DNA of 64,000 nucleotides from the NCBI GenBank assembly GCA_964475685.1, contig CAYYXP010000068.1, positions 989-64,988 of the forward strand, read 5' to 3'. The position numbers and the translations under genes are program-made. Positions 20,604-30,393 of the stretch are shown in pieces (the stretch's first letter is position 1; every line of letters begins with the position of its first letter). Under the pieces are notes generated by a model. That model was not told the origin of the DNA. It saw nothing but the letters and a program-made list of their open reading frames with translations, and did no database searches. The DNA is from an uncultured Gemmatimonadaceae bacterium (GTDB lineage Bacteria > Gemmatimonadota > Gemmatimonadetes > Gemmatimonadales > GWC2-71-9).

Positions 20604-21524
20604 TCACCCTCTCGGATGGAACTGTTTGTGGACCGATCGGAGATACTCGCGATCGACGTGGGTGTAGATCTGGGTGGTGGAGAGGTCGGCGTGCCCCAGC
20701 ATTTCCTGGACGGCACGGAGGTCGGCGCCGCCCTCGAGAAGATGGGTCGCGAAGCTGTGGCGGAGAGTGTGAGGCGTGACCCGCTTGGAGATGCCGGCCC
20801 GCGCCGCTGCTCGCTTCACGATGCCCCATGCGCCCACGCGCGAGAGCGGCTGGCCTCGCGCATTCAGCAGCAGCCGTCCGGCGCCCTTGCCTCGATCGAG
20901 TGCCGGGCGGATGCTGTGGAGATACACCGACGTCGCGCCGATGACGCTGCGGCCGATCGGAACCAGGCGCTCCTTGCCGCCCTTTCCGAAGACCTTCACC
21001 AGGTTGTCGGCCAGCAACAGGTCGGTGACCAGGAGGCCGCAGAGCTCGGAGACCCGGAGGCCCGAGCCGTAGCCCAGCTCGAGCAGCGCGCGATCACGCC
21101 AGGCCAGCGGTTCCTCGATGCGCGGGGCGGCGAGCAGGGCCTCCACGTCCCGTACACTCAGCGTGTCAGGCAGCGTCCGCCCCCGGCGGGGGGCGGCCAG
21201 GCGGTCGCTTGGGTCGTCCGCGACCCTGCCCTCGCCGGCGAGAAACCGGTAATAGGTACGGATCGACGAGACGGCGCGGCGGATGGTCGCGGCGCTGAGC
21301 CCGAGATCCTTGAGCAGGTACACATGCTCGCGGAGAACGGCCCGGCTCACCCCGGCAGGATCGCGCACGCCCTTCGACGCGACGAATTCCCCGAGGCGTC
21401 GCAGGTCGCGGACATAGGCCTCGACGGTATTGGCGCTGTGCCCCGACTCGAGGGCGAGAAAGTCGCGGAACCCTTCGAGCCAGAAATCGCCGTCTACCCT
21501 GCGGCGCAGGTCCGCGACCGTCAT
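20604..21524 (-). CDS. xerD: Tyrosine site-specific recombinase XerD (XerC/XerD family)
   Basis: 306 aa. HSANTVEAYVRDL N-domain. Catalytic region RDRALLELGYGSGLRVSEL...HTLRHSFATHLLEGGADLRAVQEMLGHADLSTTQIYTHV, ending ...HPRG like XerD. Confidence 0.8.
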   Translation of the reverse strand: MTVADLRRRVDGDFWLEGFRDFLALESGHSANTVEAYVRDLRRLGEFVASKGVRDPAGVSRAVLREHVYLLKDLGLSAATIRRAVSSIRTYYRFLAGEGRVADDPSDRLAAPRRGRTLPDTLSVRDVEALLAAPRIEEPLAWRDRALLELGYGSGLRVSELCGLLVTDLLLADNLVKVFGKGGKERLVPIGRSVIGATSVYLHSIRPALDRGKGAGRLLLNARGQPLSRVGAWGIVKRAAARAGISKRVTPHTLRHSFATHLLEGGADLRAVQEMLGHADLSTTQIYTHVDREYLRSVHKQFHPRG

Positions 21525-22591
21525 TCGCGAATCTCCCCGCGCAATCGTTGGCGCACCTCGGCCAGCTCCTTCTGGGTGATGCCAAGAAGCTCGCCGGCCA
21601 GGTGCATCAGGCGGTTCTCATGCTCGCCGATGGCGCCGCCGCCGAACGCAACCGTCCAGAGTCTCTCGACGAGTTCCACTCGCTGCGCCTGGCTCGCCTT
21701 CCGGCGGATCCGGCCTGCGTAGTCCGCGAAGCGCATGCGGCGTGCTTCTTCGGTCACCGGCGCAGCGGGGGGCGCGCCGCCCGCCACTCCCCAGGTTAAG
21801 CGAAGGTGCGAGGCAACCGCCTCGCGGTCGCCGGGGGTCAGCACCGGATCGGCGTAGGCGAGCTCGAGGACCAGCAGCGCCGCCGCCTGCTGCGCGGAGC
21901 CCTCGGCGATCTCGGTGCCCGCCAGGAACGATGGCGCCGCCGGACCGAGGGCGTCCGTTGTGGCGTGCCACACCCGCTCACGCCGCCTTCGTCTGGCGAG
22001 GACCAAGCGCCAGGCGATCACTCCGCCCACCGCCAGTACCCCGACTATTCCGAGGGTGCGATTGACGCCCGCCAGGAGTGCCACGATCCGGTCCCACTTC
22101 GCTCCGATGACGGCGCCGAGAAATGTGATGCCGCCATACCAGATGGCCGACGCGACCCCGATCGGCACGAACGTGCGCAGGGCGCCGAGGCCCACGAGGC
22201 CGGCGAAGGGCGGGACGACCGCCCTGATGCCCGGGAGGAAGCGGCTGACGAAGATGCCGGCGGTGCCGAGGCGGAGATACTCGCGCTCGATCACCGCGAG
22301 CGAGCGCGGGGCGAGGAGGCGCCGGCCGGTCGCCGAGGCGAACAGGCGCCGGCCATACCGCCGAGACGCGAGATAGACACCGGCCGCGCCCACGAGGTTG
22401 GCCGACCAGGTGACGAGGAAAACGGCCAGCGGGTCCGTGAGCCCCCGGTTCGAGAGGAAGGCGCCGAGTGCCACCGCGACATCGGACGGCACGGGAGGAA
22501 TGACATTCTCAACCGCGGCGAGGAGGGCGAGAACGGCGTAGATGGCGGCGGGGGGGAGATGCGAGACCCACGCGAGCAGGGACTCGATCAG
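21521..22591 (-). CDS. DedA-family membrane protein fused to a C-terminal TerB-like domain; start codon uncertain
   Basis: DedA core: ENVIPPVPSDVAVALGAFL...GIFVSRFLPGIRAVVPPFAGL. C-terminal ~150 aa: VELVERLWTVAFGGGAIGEHENRLMHLAGELLGITQKELAEV (TerB/DjlA-N-like). The conserved first helix is encoded upstream of the first canonical start (GTG 22492), so I extend the gene to CTG 22591. Confidence 0.65.
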   Translation of the reverse strand: MIESLLAWVSHLPPAAIYAVLALLAAVENVIPPVPSDVAVALGAFLSNRGLTDPLAVFLVTWSANLVGAAGVYLASRRYGRRLFASATGRRLLAPRSLAVIEREYLRLGTAGIFVSRFLPGIRAVVPPFAGLVGLGALRTFVPIGVASAIWYGGITFLGAVIGAKWDRIVALLAGVNRTLGIVGVLAVGGVIAWRLVLARRRRRERVWHATTDALGPAAPSFLAGTEIAEGSAQQAAALLVLELAYADPVLTPGDREAVASHLRLTWGVAGGAPPAAPVTEEARRMRFADYAGRIRRKASQAQRVELVERLWTVAFGGGAIGEHENRLMHLAGELLGITQKELAEVRQRLRGEIRE

Positions 22592-23064
22592 CGAGCCTCC
22601 AGGAGCGCCACGGCGATGACGGCGAGTCCCTCACCGCGGCCGATAAATCCCATCCCTTCGTTGGTCTTGGCCTTCACGCTCACCGATCCGGCCGCCAGGC
22701 CCAGGCTATGGGCGAGGGCGAGACCCATCGGGCCGAGATGCGGCGCCAGCCTGGGCAGCTCGGTGATCACGGTGAGGTCGGCCTGTGCCACGGTGAAGCC
22801 GCGTGAGCGGACCAGCTCGTGGGCGGTGCGGAGCATTTCCATCGAGTCGGCGTCCTTCCACCGAGGATCGTCATCGGGGAAGAGCTGCCCGATGTCTCCC
22901 GCGCCGGCGGCGCCGAGGATGGCGTCGGTCAGGGCGTGAGCGACAGCGTCGGCGTCGCTATGCCCGGCCAGGCCCCGTCCGTGAGGGATGGACAGGCCGC
23001 CCAGGACCAGCGGGCGACCCTCGATGAAGCGGTGGGAGTCGTAGCCGATCCCCACGCGGGTCAC
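22588..23064 (-). CDS. ispF: 2-C-methyl-D-erythritol 2,4-cyclodiphosphate synthase
   Basis: 158 aa from GTG 23064 (GTGA overlap). RVGIGYDSHRF, GHSDADAVAHAL, KAKTNEGMGFIG. Confidence 0.9.
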   Translation of the reverse strand: MTRVGIGYDSHRFIEGRPLVLGGLSIPHGRGLAGHSDADAVAHALTDAILGAAGAGDIGQLFPDDDPRWKDADSMEMLRTAHELVRSRGFTVAQADLTVITELPRLAPHLGPMGLALAHSLGLAAGSVSVKAKTNEGMGFIGRGEGLAVIAVALLEAR

Positions 23065-24125
23065 GCCGCGACCGGCTCCCCGATGAAACTGTAGTCCTGC
23101 CGCCGGCGGACCGGCCGGTATCCCGCATCGCGGATCAGCCGCTCGATCTCGGCCTGCGTGGTGCGATATGTGGTGCCCGCTGCCGAGACGACGTTCTCTT
23201 CCATCATGAGGCTGCCGTAGTCGTTCGCCCCGAATCGGAGGGCCACCTGGCCGACCTTGTGACCCATGGTCACCCACGATGATTGGAGATTCGGCACGTT
23301 GACCAGCACGATCCGGGCGATGGCCAACGTCCGCAGATAGGTGACGGAGTCGGTCTTCCGGTAGTGCGACATCCCGGGCGTTCCCTCCGGCTGGAGCGGC
23401 CAGCAGATGAAGGCGGTGAAGCCGCCCGTTCGGGCCTGGAGGTCGCGGACCCTGTAGAGGTGCTCGATCCGGTCTTCGTCACTCTCGCCGAGTCCGTACA
23501 TCATCGTGACCGACGTCTTCATCCCCTGGCGGTGCGCTTCCTCCTGCACACCGAGCCACTCCTCGGTTTGCGCCTTCTTCCGCGCCACTCTCTGTCGCAC
23601 CTCGTCCACCAGGATCTCTCCGCCACCGCCGGGAATGCTGTCGAGCCCCGCCGCGCGGAGCTCCCGCACGACTTCCGGCACCGTCAACCCGAAGCGCTCA
23701 CTGAAGAACACCACTTCCGAGGGGGAGAAGCCGTGGATGTGGATGCGGTGGTTGCGCTTGATATAACGCATGAGATCGAGGTACCACTCGAAGGGGATGT
23801 AGGGGTTGTGGCCTCCCTGGAGCAGGATCTGCACGCCGCCGGCGGCAAGGCATTCGTCGATCTTCGCTCCGATCTCCTCGAAGCCGAGCACGTAGCCCTC
23901 CGCGTGCTTCGGCCGGCGGTAGAACGCGCAGAACTTGCAATCGGCGACGCAGACGTTTGTGTAGTTGATGTTCCGGTCGATGATGTAGCTGACGGCGTTC
24001 TCCGGATGAAGCCGCCACCGCTCGGCGTCGGCCAGCCGCCCCAGCTCGAGCAGGTCGGCCTCCTGGTAGAGCTTGAGAGCATCCTTGAATTCACTTGAGG
24101 TGCGATTCACAACAGTCATTGCCAT
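23061..24125 (-). CDS. mqnC: Radical-SAM futalosine-pathway enzyme, probably cyclic dehypoxanthinyl futalosine synthase
   Basis: 354 aa. NINYTNVCVADCKFCAF cluster motif. GGFTAFICWPLQPEGT and GANDYGSLMMEENVVSAAG resemble MqnC more than MqnE. The MqnC/MqnE split is my judgement, not a database result. Confidence 0.65.
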   Translation of the reverse strand: MAMTVVNRTSSEFKDALKLYQEADLLELGRLADAERWRLHPENAVSYIIDRNINYTNVCVADCKFCAFYRRPKHAEGYVLGFEEIGAKIDECLAAGGVQILLQGGHNPYIPFEWYLDLMRYIKRNHRIHIHGFSPSEVVFFSERFGLTVPEVVRELRAAGLDSIPGGGGEILVDEVRQRVARKKAQTEEWLGVQEEAHRQGMKTSVTMMYGLGESDEDRIEHLYRVRDLQARTGGFTAFICWPLQPEGTPGMSHYRKTDSVTYLRTLAIARIVLVNVPNLQSSWVTMGHKVGQVALRFGANDYGSLMMEENVVSAAGTTYRTTQAEIERLIRDAGYRPVRRRQDYSFIGEPVAA

Positions 24126-24131
24126 ATAGCG

Positions 24132-24953
24132 TTAGGCTGCGGTAATGAAAGAGAGGGAGCCGTCGGGCACCAGTCCGTCCTGTGCCAGGCGGCGGAAGAA
24201 GTCGGTCAAGCCGTCCAAGTGGCGAGGGGAGAGCGCATAGTCGAGATCGCCGAGGTAGGCGCGGCATGCCGCCTCGGAGACCCCGGTTGCCCGGGCGGCG
24301 GAGGCCGACAGCTCGTCGAGGTGGGCCAGCCCCCAGGCCCGGGAGGCCAGGAGCCGCTCGTGAACCGCCAGCACCGCATGCAGCCGGGCCTCCCGCCGGG
24401 CCGCCCACACGGCGAAGACGAACGGCAGCCCCGTCCACGCGCGCCATTCGGCTCCCAGATCCAGCCGCACGGGGTACCTATGCTGGGCCGCGAGGAGGAG
24501 CGCCGCGTCGCCGATCACGAGAACCCCTTCGTGCGGTAATCCCGCCAGTCCCTCGAGATCAGGCGCCTCCGCACGCGCGGTGACGAACCGGGGCCGTATC
24601 CCCCACCGGTGGCGGCAGAGGAGGTCGAGCAGAAGCACCGATGTCCTGGATGAGGCGGTGACCAGCACGGTATGGCCGTCGAGATCTTCGACCGGCCGCC
24701 GGGAGAAGAGGGCGACGCTATGGACCGGCCCGTCGCAGGTGATCGCCAGGTCGGGCAGGAGATGATAGGCCGCCGCGTTCCGCGCGTACTCGACCGCGGA
24801 AACGACACTGACCTGGAGCTCGCCGGCCGCGAGAAGGTCGTTGAGTTCCGACGCCGTGCCCGACACCAGCTCGGCGGGGACCTCTACCAGTCCTCGGTCG
24901 ATCGCCCCGTAGACCGGGTAGCAGTTGATCCAGGGAATCCGTCCGAGCCTCAT
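24132..24953 (-). CDS. mqnA: Chorismate dehydratase (futalosine pathway MqnA)
   Basis: 273 aa from ATG 24953 (ATGA overlap). MRLGRIPWINCYPVYGAI... is a periplasmic-binding-protein-like MqnA pattern. The upstream 92 codons of the ORF-track call overlap mqnE and are rejected. Confidence 0.8.
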   Translation of the reverse strand: MRLGRIPWINCYPVYGAIDRGLVEVPAELVSGTASELNDLLAAGELQVSVVSAVEYARNAAAYHLLPDLAITCDGPVHSVALFSRRPVEDLDGHTVLVTASSRTSVLLLDLLCRHRWGIRPRFVTARAEAPDLEGLAGLPHEGVLVIGDAALLLAAQHRYPVRLDLGAEWRAWTGLPFVFAVWAARREARLHAVLAVHERLLASRAWGLAHLDELSASAARATGVSEAACRAYLGDLDYALSPRHLDGLTDFFRRLAQDGLVPDGSLSFITAA

Positions 24954-26146
24954 GCGGCGTGTACCACCGGCAGTGCGGCCCCGGGCCGGAACGACGGCTC
25001 GGGCGGGGGATCGTCGAATTGCTCGCGCACGGGCTGGTAGAGGCTGTCCCGTTCGACGGGGCGCTTCCCCGCCCCGCGGATCAGCTGCACCAGCTCGAGG
25101 TAGGGCATGTGCATCTCGGTCTGCGCGCCCGCCTCGTGGTAGATCCGCTCGTAGACGACGGTACCCTCGACGTCGTCGCAGCCGAAGCTCAGCGCGATCT
25201 GGGAGAGGAACGGAGTGACCATCGGCCAATGGGTCTTGACGTGCGGCAGGTTGTCGAGGAAGAGCCGGGCGACGGCGATGTTCTTCAGGTCCTCGTATCC
25301 CGTGGTGGCCGTGCCGACGCGGCCCATCTCCTCACCGAGCTCGTTGTGGTCGGGATGGTAGGCGAGAGGAATGTAGGTCAGGAAGCCGCCGGTCTCGTCC
25401 TGCAGCGCACGAAGGCGTTCCAGGTGTTCGATGCGGTCGGCCGCGGTCTCGACGTGCCCGTAGAGCATGGTGCAGTTGGTGGGAATGCCCAGCTCGTGCG
25501 CCACCCGGTGCACCCGAAGCCACTCGTCGCCGGTGAGCTTCCGCTCGGCGATGGTGGCGCGGACCGCGGTGCTGAACACTTCCGCTCCCCCTCCCGGCAA
25601 GCTGGTGAGTCCGGCGTCGCGAAGGGCCAGCAACACCTCCCGCTCGGAGGTCCGCTCCACCCGCGCCAGGTGGGCGATCTCCACCGCGGTGAGCGCCTTG
25701 ATGTGCACGTGGGGGAAGCGCTCCCTGAGCCCCCGGATCATGTCGGTGTAGTAGCTCAGCGCCAGCCGGGGATGCAATCCGCCGACGATATGGAACTCGC
25801 GGGTCGGCATTCCGCGGGCTTGCTCCGCCTCGTGGAAGACCTCGTCCAGGGTACGGGTGTAGGCGCCTTCCTCCTTCGGCATCCGGGCAAAGGAGCAGAA
25901 GACGCAGGTGTTCCGGAGGACGCAGACGTTGGTGGGATTGATGTGCTGGTTGGCCGAAAAGAAGACCCGGTCGCCGTTGAGGCGCCGATTGGCAAAGTCG
26001 GCCAGGCTTCCCAGTCCCAGCAGGTCGGAGCTGGCGTAGAGGGTGAGTCCGTCGGCCGCGGCGAGCCGCTCGCCGGCACGGACCTTCTCTGCAATGGGTC
26101 GGAGCGCGGGGTCCTGCAGGCGCGAGGGGTCGAGCTCGCCGGACAT
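24950..26146 (-). CDS. mqnE: Radical-SAM futalosine-pathway enzyme, probably aminodeoxyfutalosine synthase
   Basis: 398 aa. HINPTNVCVLRNTCVFCSF cluster motif. GGFLTYIPLAYHPDHN and GCDDVEGTVVYERIYHEAGA. Translationally coupled to mqnA. Confidence 0.65.
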   Translation of the reverse strand: MSGELDPSRLQDPALRPIAEKVRAGERLAAADGLTLYASSDLLGLGSLADFANRRLNGDRVFFSANQHINPTNVCVLRNTCVFCSFARMPKEEGAYTRTLDEVFHEAEQARGMPTREFHIVGGLHPRLALSYYTDMIRGLRERFPHVHIKALTAVEIAHLARVERTSEREVLLALRDAGLTSLPGGGAEVFSTAVRATIAERKLTGDEWLRVHRVAHELGIPTNCTMLYGHVETAADRIEHLERLRALQDETGGFLTYIPLAYHPDHNELGEEMGRVGTATTGYEDLKNIAVARLFLDNLPHVKTHWPMVTPFLSQIALSFGCDDVEGTVVYERIYHEAGAQTEMHMPYLELVQLIRGAGKRPVERDSLYQPVREQFDDPPPEPSFRPGAALPVVHAA

Positions 26147-26192
26147 CGCATCTCCTTCAGGCGATGGAGGTAACAGACATCCGAAATCTACA

Positions 26193-27434
<1,242 letters not shown>

Positions 27435-27437
27435 GCG

Positions 27438-27677
27438 CTACTTCCCGATCTTCTCGTGGAGGTAGTTCATGGCATCGCCCACGGTGCGAAGCTTCTCGGC
27501 GTCCTCGTCGGGGATGTCGATATCGAACTCCTTCTCGAACGCCATGACGAGCTCGACCGTGTCCAGGCTGTCCGCGCCGAGGTCTTCCATGAAGCTGGCC
27601 TCGCTCGTGAGCTTCTCGCGCTCCACGCCCAGCTCCTCGACGATGATGTCCTTGACCTTCTCTTCGACGTTGCTCAT
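27438..27677 (-). CDS. acpP: Acyl carrier protein
   Basis: 79 aa. Phosphopantetheine site [16 protein letters not shown]. Confidence 0.95.
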   Translation of the reverse strand: MSNVEEKVKDIIVEELGVEREKLTSEASFMEDLGADSLDTVELVMAFEKEFDIDIPDEDAEKLRTVGDAMNYLHEKIGK

Positions 27678-27707
27678 GTCGTCCTCGATTGGAGATTCAA
27701 GATCGCG

Positions 27708-28481
27708 TCAGATGACCATTCCACCGTCGACCACCAGCACCTGGCCCGTGACGTACGCCGCCAGATCGGAGGTCAGGAAGAGTACCGCTCCGGCGACGTC
27801 CTCGGGCCGCCCCAGGCGGCCCAGGGCGATGTCCTTTAATAATGTGGCGCGCGCCTCCTCCGGCAAGGCGGCAGTCATGTCGGTCTCGATGAACCCCGGC
27901 GCCACGCAGTTGGCCAGAATCCCGCGGCTGGCGTATTCCTTGGCCACCGACTTGGTGAATCCGATGAGGCCGGCCTTGCTCGCGGCGTAATTCGCCTGCC
28001 CCTGGTTGCCGGTAAGCCCGACGATACTCGTGACGTTCACGATCCGGCCCCACCGCCGCTTCATCATCCCCTTGATGACGATCCGCGTCGTATAGAAGGC
28101 GCCGGTGAGGTTGGCCGCCAGCACGGTGTCCCAGTCGGCGGTGGTGAGCCGCAGGAGGAGGTTGTCCCGCGTGAGGCCGGCATTGTTCACCAGGATGTCG
28201 ATGGGGCCGAGCGCTGATTCCGCCGCCGAGATTGCCGCGACCACCTCCGTCTCCTTCGACACATCGCAAGCCACGCCGGCGGTGCGCTCGCCGAGTGCAG
28301 CCGCCACGGCCTGCGCCCGCGAGACGTCCCGCCCGACGATCGTCACCCTTGCGCCTGCCCCGTGGAGCGCCTGGGCCACCGCAAGCCCGATTCCGCGCGT
28401 GCTGCCGGTGATGAAGGCGGTTCGGCCGGTAAGATCAATCCCGGCCATGTTGCCCATTCCCGCGAGGTGCTCTCGCTTCAT
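27708..28481 (-). CDS. fabG: 3-oxoacyl-ACP reductase
   Basis: SDR motifs TGSTRGIG, NNAG, YAASKAG. ATG 28481 forms an ATGA overlap with the fabD stop; internal ATGs 24-33 nt downstream are alternatives. Confidence 0.9.
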   Translation of the reverse strand: MKREHLAGMGNMAGIDLTGRTAFITGSTRGIGLAVAQALHGAGARVTIVGRDVSRAQAVAAALGERTAGVACDVSKETEVVAAISAAESALGPIDILVNNAGLTRDNLLLRLTTADWDTVLAANLTGAFYTTRIVIKGMMKRRWGRIVNVTSIVGLTGNQGQANYAASKAGLIGFTKSVAKEYASRGILANCVAPGFIETDMTAALPEEARATLLKDIALGRLGRPEDVAGAVLFLTSDLAAYVTGQVLVVDGGMVI

Positions 28482-29404
28482 TCATTCAGGAATCTCTCCA
28501 CTTCGTCCGCCGTGCCCAGAGTAGCCGTCGTGGCGCCGGGCACGATTCTCTTGAGCAATCCCGACAGCACACTGCCGGGTCCGATTTCGACGAAGGTGGC
28601 GCCAGGAGCGAGCTCAGCGGCCATCCGCATGCACTCGACCCAGCGCACCGGCGCGGTGAGCTGGTCCACCAGCAGCCGTTTGGCATCCGCCCCGGTCCGC
28701 ACGGCCTCGGCGCTGGCGTTGGCGATCACCGGGAACGCGGGGTCTGAGAAGGTAGCGCCGCGGAGGGCCTCGTGGAGTCCGTCCACCGCCGGCGCCATCA
28801 GCGGCGAATGAAACGCGCCGCTCACCTTGAGCGGCACCACCCGCTTCGCTCCGCGGGCCTTGCAGGCCTCGCCGGCCTTCTCGACCCCGGCGGGATCGCC
28901 CGAGATCACCACCTGGTCCGGCCCGTTCAGATTGGCGGCGACGGCGATCCCTTGCGGCCCGGATGCCTCGTTGCACGCCTCGTCCACCGACTCGGCGGCG
29001 AGGCCGAGGACGGCCGCCATGGCCCCGGGGCGCTGGCGACCCGCCGCCAGCATCAACTCGCCGCGCCTGCGGACCAGACGGGAGGCATCGGTTGCCGTCA
29101 GCGTACCGGCGGCCACATACGCGCTGTACTCACCGAGGCTGTGGCCGGCGCCGGCGGCCGGTGTCCCGAATCGCGGCCGGACCACGGCCCAGACGGCCGC
29201 CGAATGGGCGAGGATGGCAGGCTGGGTGTTGTGGGTGAGGGTGAGCTCGTCCTCGGGACCTTCCCACATGAGGCGGGAGAGCGGGGCGTCGAGGGCGTCG
29301 TCGATCGCGGCGAACACATCGCGCGCCGCGGGAAACCGCTCGGCGAGATCCTTGCCCATCCCCACGCGCTGCGCTCCCTGCCCCGGGCACATCAGCACGC
29401 TCAC
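28478..29404 (-). CDS. fabD: Malonyl-CoA:ACP transacylase
   Basis: 308 aa from GTG 29404 (GTGA overlap with the fabH stop). CPGQGAQRVGMG and GHSLGEYSA. The ORF-track N-terminal 119 codons overlap fabH. Confidence 0.9.
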   Translation of the reverse strand: MSVLMCPGQGAQRVGMGKDLAERFPAARDVFAAIDDALDAPLSRLMWEGPEDELTLTHNTQPAILAHSAAVWAVVRPRFGTPAAGAGHSLGEYSAYVAAGTLTATDASRLVRRRGELMLAAGRQRPGAMAAVLGLAAESVDEACNEASGPQGIAVAANLNGPDQVVISGDPAGVEKAGEACKARGAKRVVPLKVSGAFHSPLMAPAVDGLHEALRGATFSDPAFPVIANASAEAVRTGADAKRLLVDQLTAPVRWVECMRMAAELAPGATFVEIGPGSVLSGLLKRIVPGATTATLGTADEVERFLNE

Positions 29405-30393
29405 CACCGGACGACCGCGCTCCCCCACGTGAAGCCCGCCCCGAACGCCACGAGGAGCAGGAGGGACCCCGGCCCCACCCTTCCCTCGGTCAGCGCCTGG
29501 TCGATCGCCAGCGGAATCGAGGCCGAGGATGTATTGCCGTACCGGTCGAGGTTGACCATCACCTTCGACATCGGAATGCCGGCGTGCCTGGCGGTGGCTT
29601 CGATGATACGAAGGTTGGCCTGGTGGGGCACGAGCAGATCCACCTCGTCCGCCGAGACGCCCGCCCGCCGCAGCGCCTCGTCGCAGGACTCGGCCATGGT
29701 GAGCACAGCGGCCTTGAACACTTCGCGACCCGCCATCTTCATGAAATGCGACCGCTCGCACACCACGCGCTCGCTGATGGGATCCACCGAGCCCCCGCCC
29801 GGCCGGTAGAGCAGCGGTGCCAGGCGCCCGTCGGACTTGATGAACGTCGAGAGGATCCCGCGCCCGGGGCGGGTGGAGGGCCGGACGACCGACGCCCCCG
29901 CGCCGTCACCGAAGAGGATGGCGGTGGACCGCTCCGTGAAGTCGGTGATGGTCGAGAGCTTCTCCGCCCCGACGACCAGCACCAGGCGGCTCTGCCCCGA
30001 GGCGATCAGCCCTTCGGCGACGGTGAGAGCGTAGACATATCCGGGGCAGGCGGCGGCGATGTCGAAGGCCGCCGCGTTCTCGGCGCCGAGGAGCGCCTGG
30101 AGATCGCACGCCGTCGAGGGGAGCAGGCGGTCGGGGGTGGCGGTCGCCAGCACGATCGTATCGATCTCGGCGACAGTGGCCCCTGCCTGCTGGAGGGCAC
30201 GCTCGCTTGCCTCCCGGGCCAGCATGGCGACTGACTGCTCCGGCGTGGCGATCCGCCGCTCCCGGATGCCGGTCCGCTCGACGATCCACTCGTCGGAGGT
30301 GTCGAGCATGCGGGTGAGGTCGGCGTTGGTGAGAACGCCCGGCGGCACCGCCGTCCCGATGCTGGCGATTTCCGCGAACGGCCGGGCGATCAT
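29401..30393 (-). CDS. fabH: Beta-ketoacyl-ACP synthase III
   Basis: 330 aa from ATG 30393 (ATGA overlap with the plsX stop). AAACPGYVYAL, HQANLRI, GNTSSASIP. Confidence 0.9.
   Translation of the reverse strand: MIARPFAEIASIGTAVPPGVLTNADLTRMLDTSDEWIVERTGIRERRIATPEQSVAMLAREASERALQQAGATVAEIDTIVLATATPDRLLPSTACDLQALLGAENAAAFDIAAACPGYVYALTVAEGLIASGQSRLVLVVGAEKLSTITDFTERSTAILFGDGAGASVVRPSTRPGRGILSTFIKSDGRLAPLLYRPGGGSVDPISERVVCERSHFMKMAGREVFKAAVLTMAESCDEALRRAGVSADEVDLLVPHQANLRIIEATARHAGIPMSKVMVNLDRYGNTSSASIPLAIDQALTEGRVGPGSLLLLVAFGAGFTWGSAVVRW

Noticed and set aside
20604-21524. Tyrosine recombinase as a possible marker of an integrative element or genomic island
   Set aside because: The sequence is XerD-like along its whole length, including the ...IYTHV...HPRG tail. 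It is ATGA-coupled to a housekeeping DedA gene. The flanks are core genes. I see no flanking direct repeats, tRNA or phage/plasmid genes.
28478-29761. Long N-terminal extensions in ORF-track calls (fabD 427 aa, fabH 435 aa, sucD 420 aa, nuoN 832 aa, nuoL 865 aa, sdhA 856 aa, ispF 229 aa, mqnA 365 aa and others)
   Set aside because: The extensions overlap the upstream gene in another frame and are Arg/Pro/Gly-rich junk. The conserved N-terminus always begins at an ATG or GTG forming an NTGA or 1-nt overlap with the upstream stop. Coordinates were trimmed accordingly.
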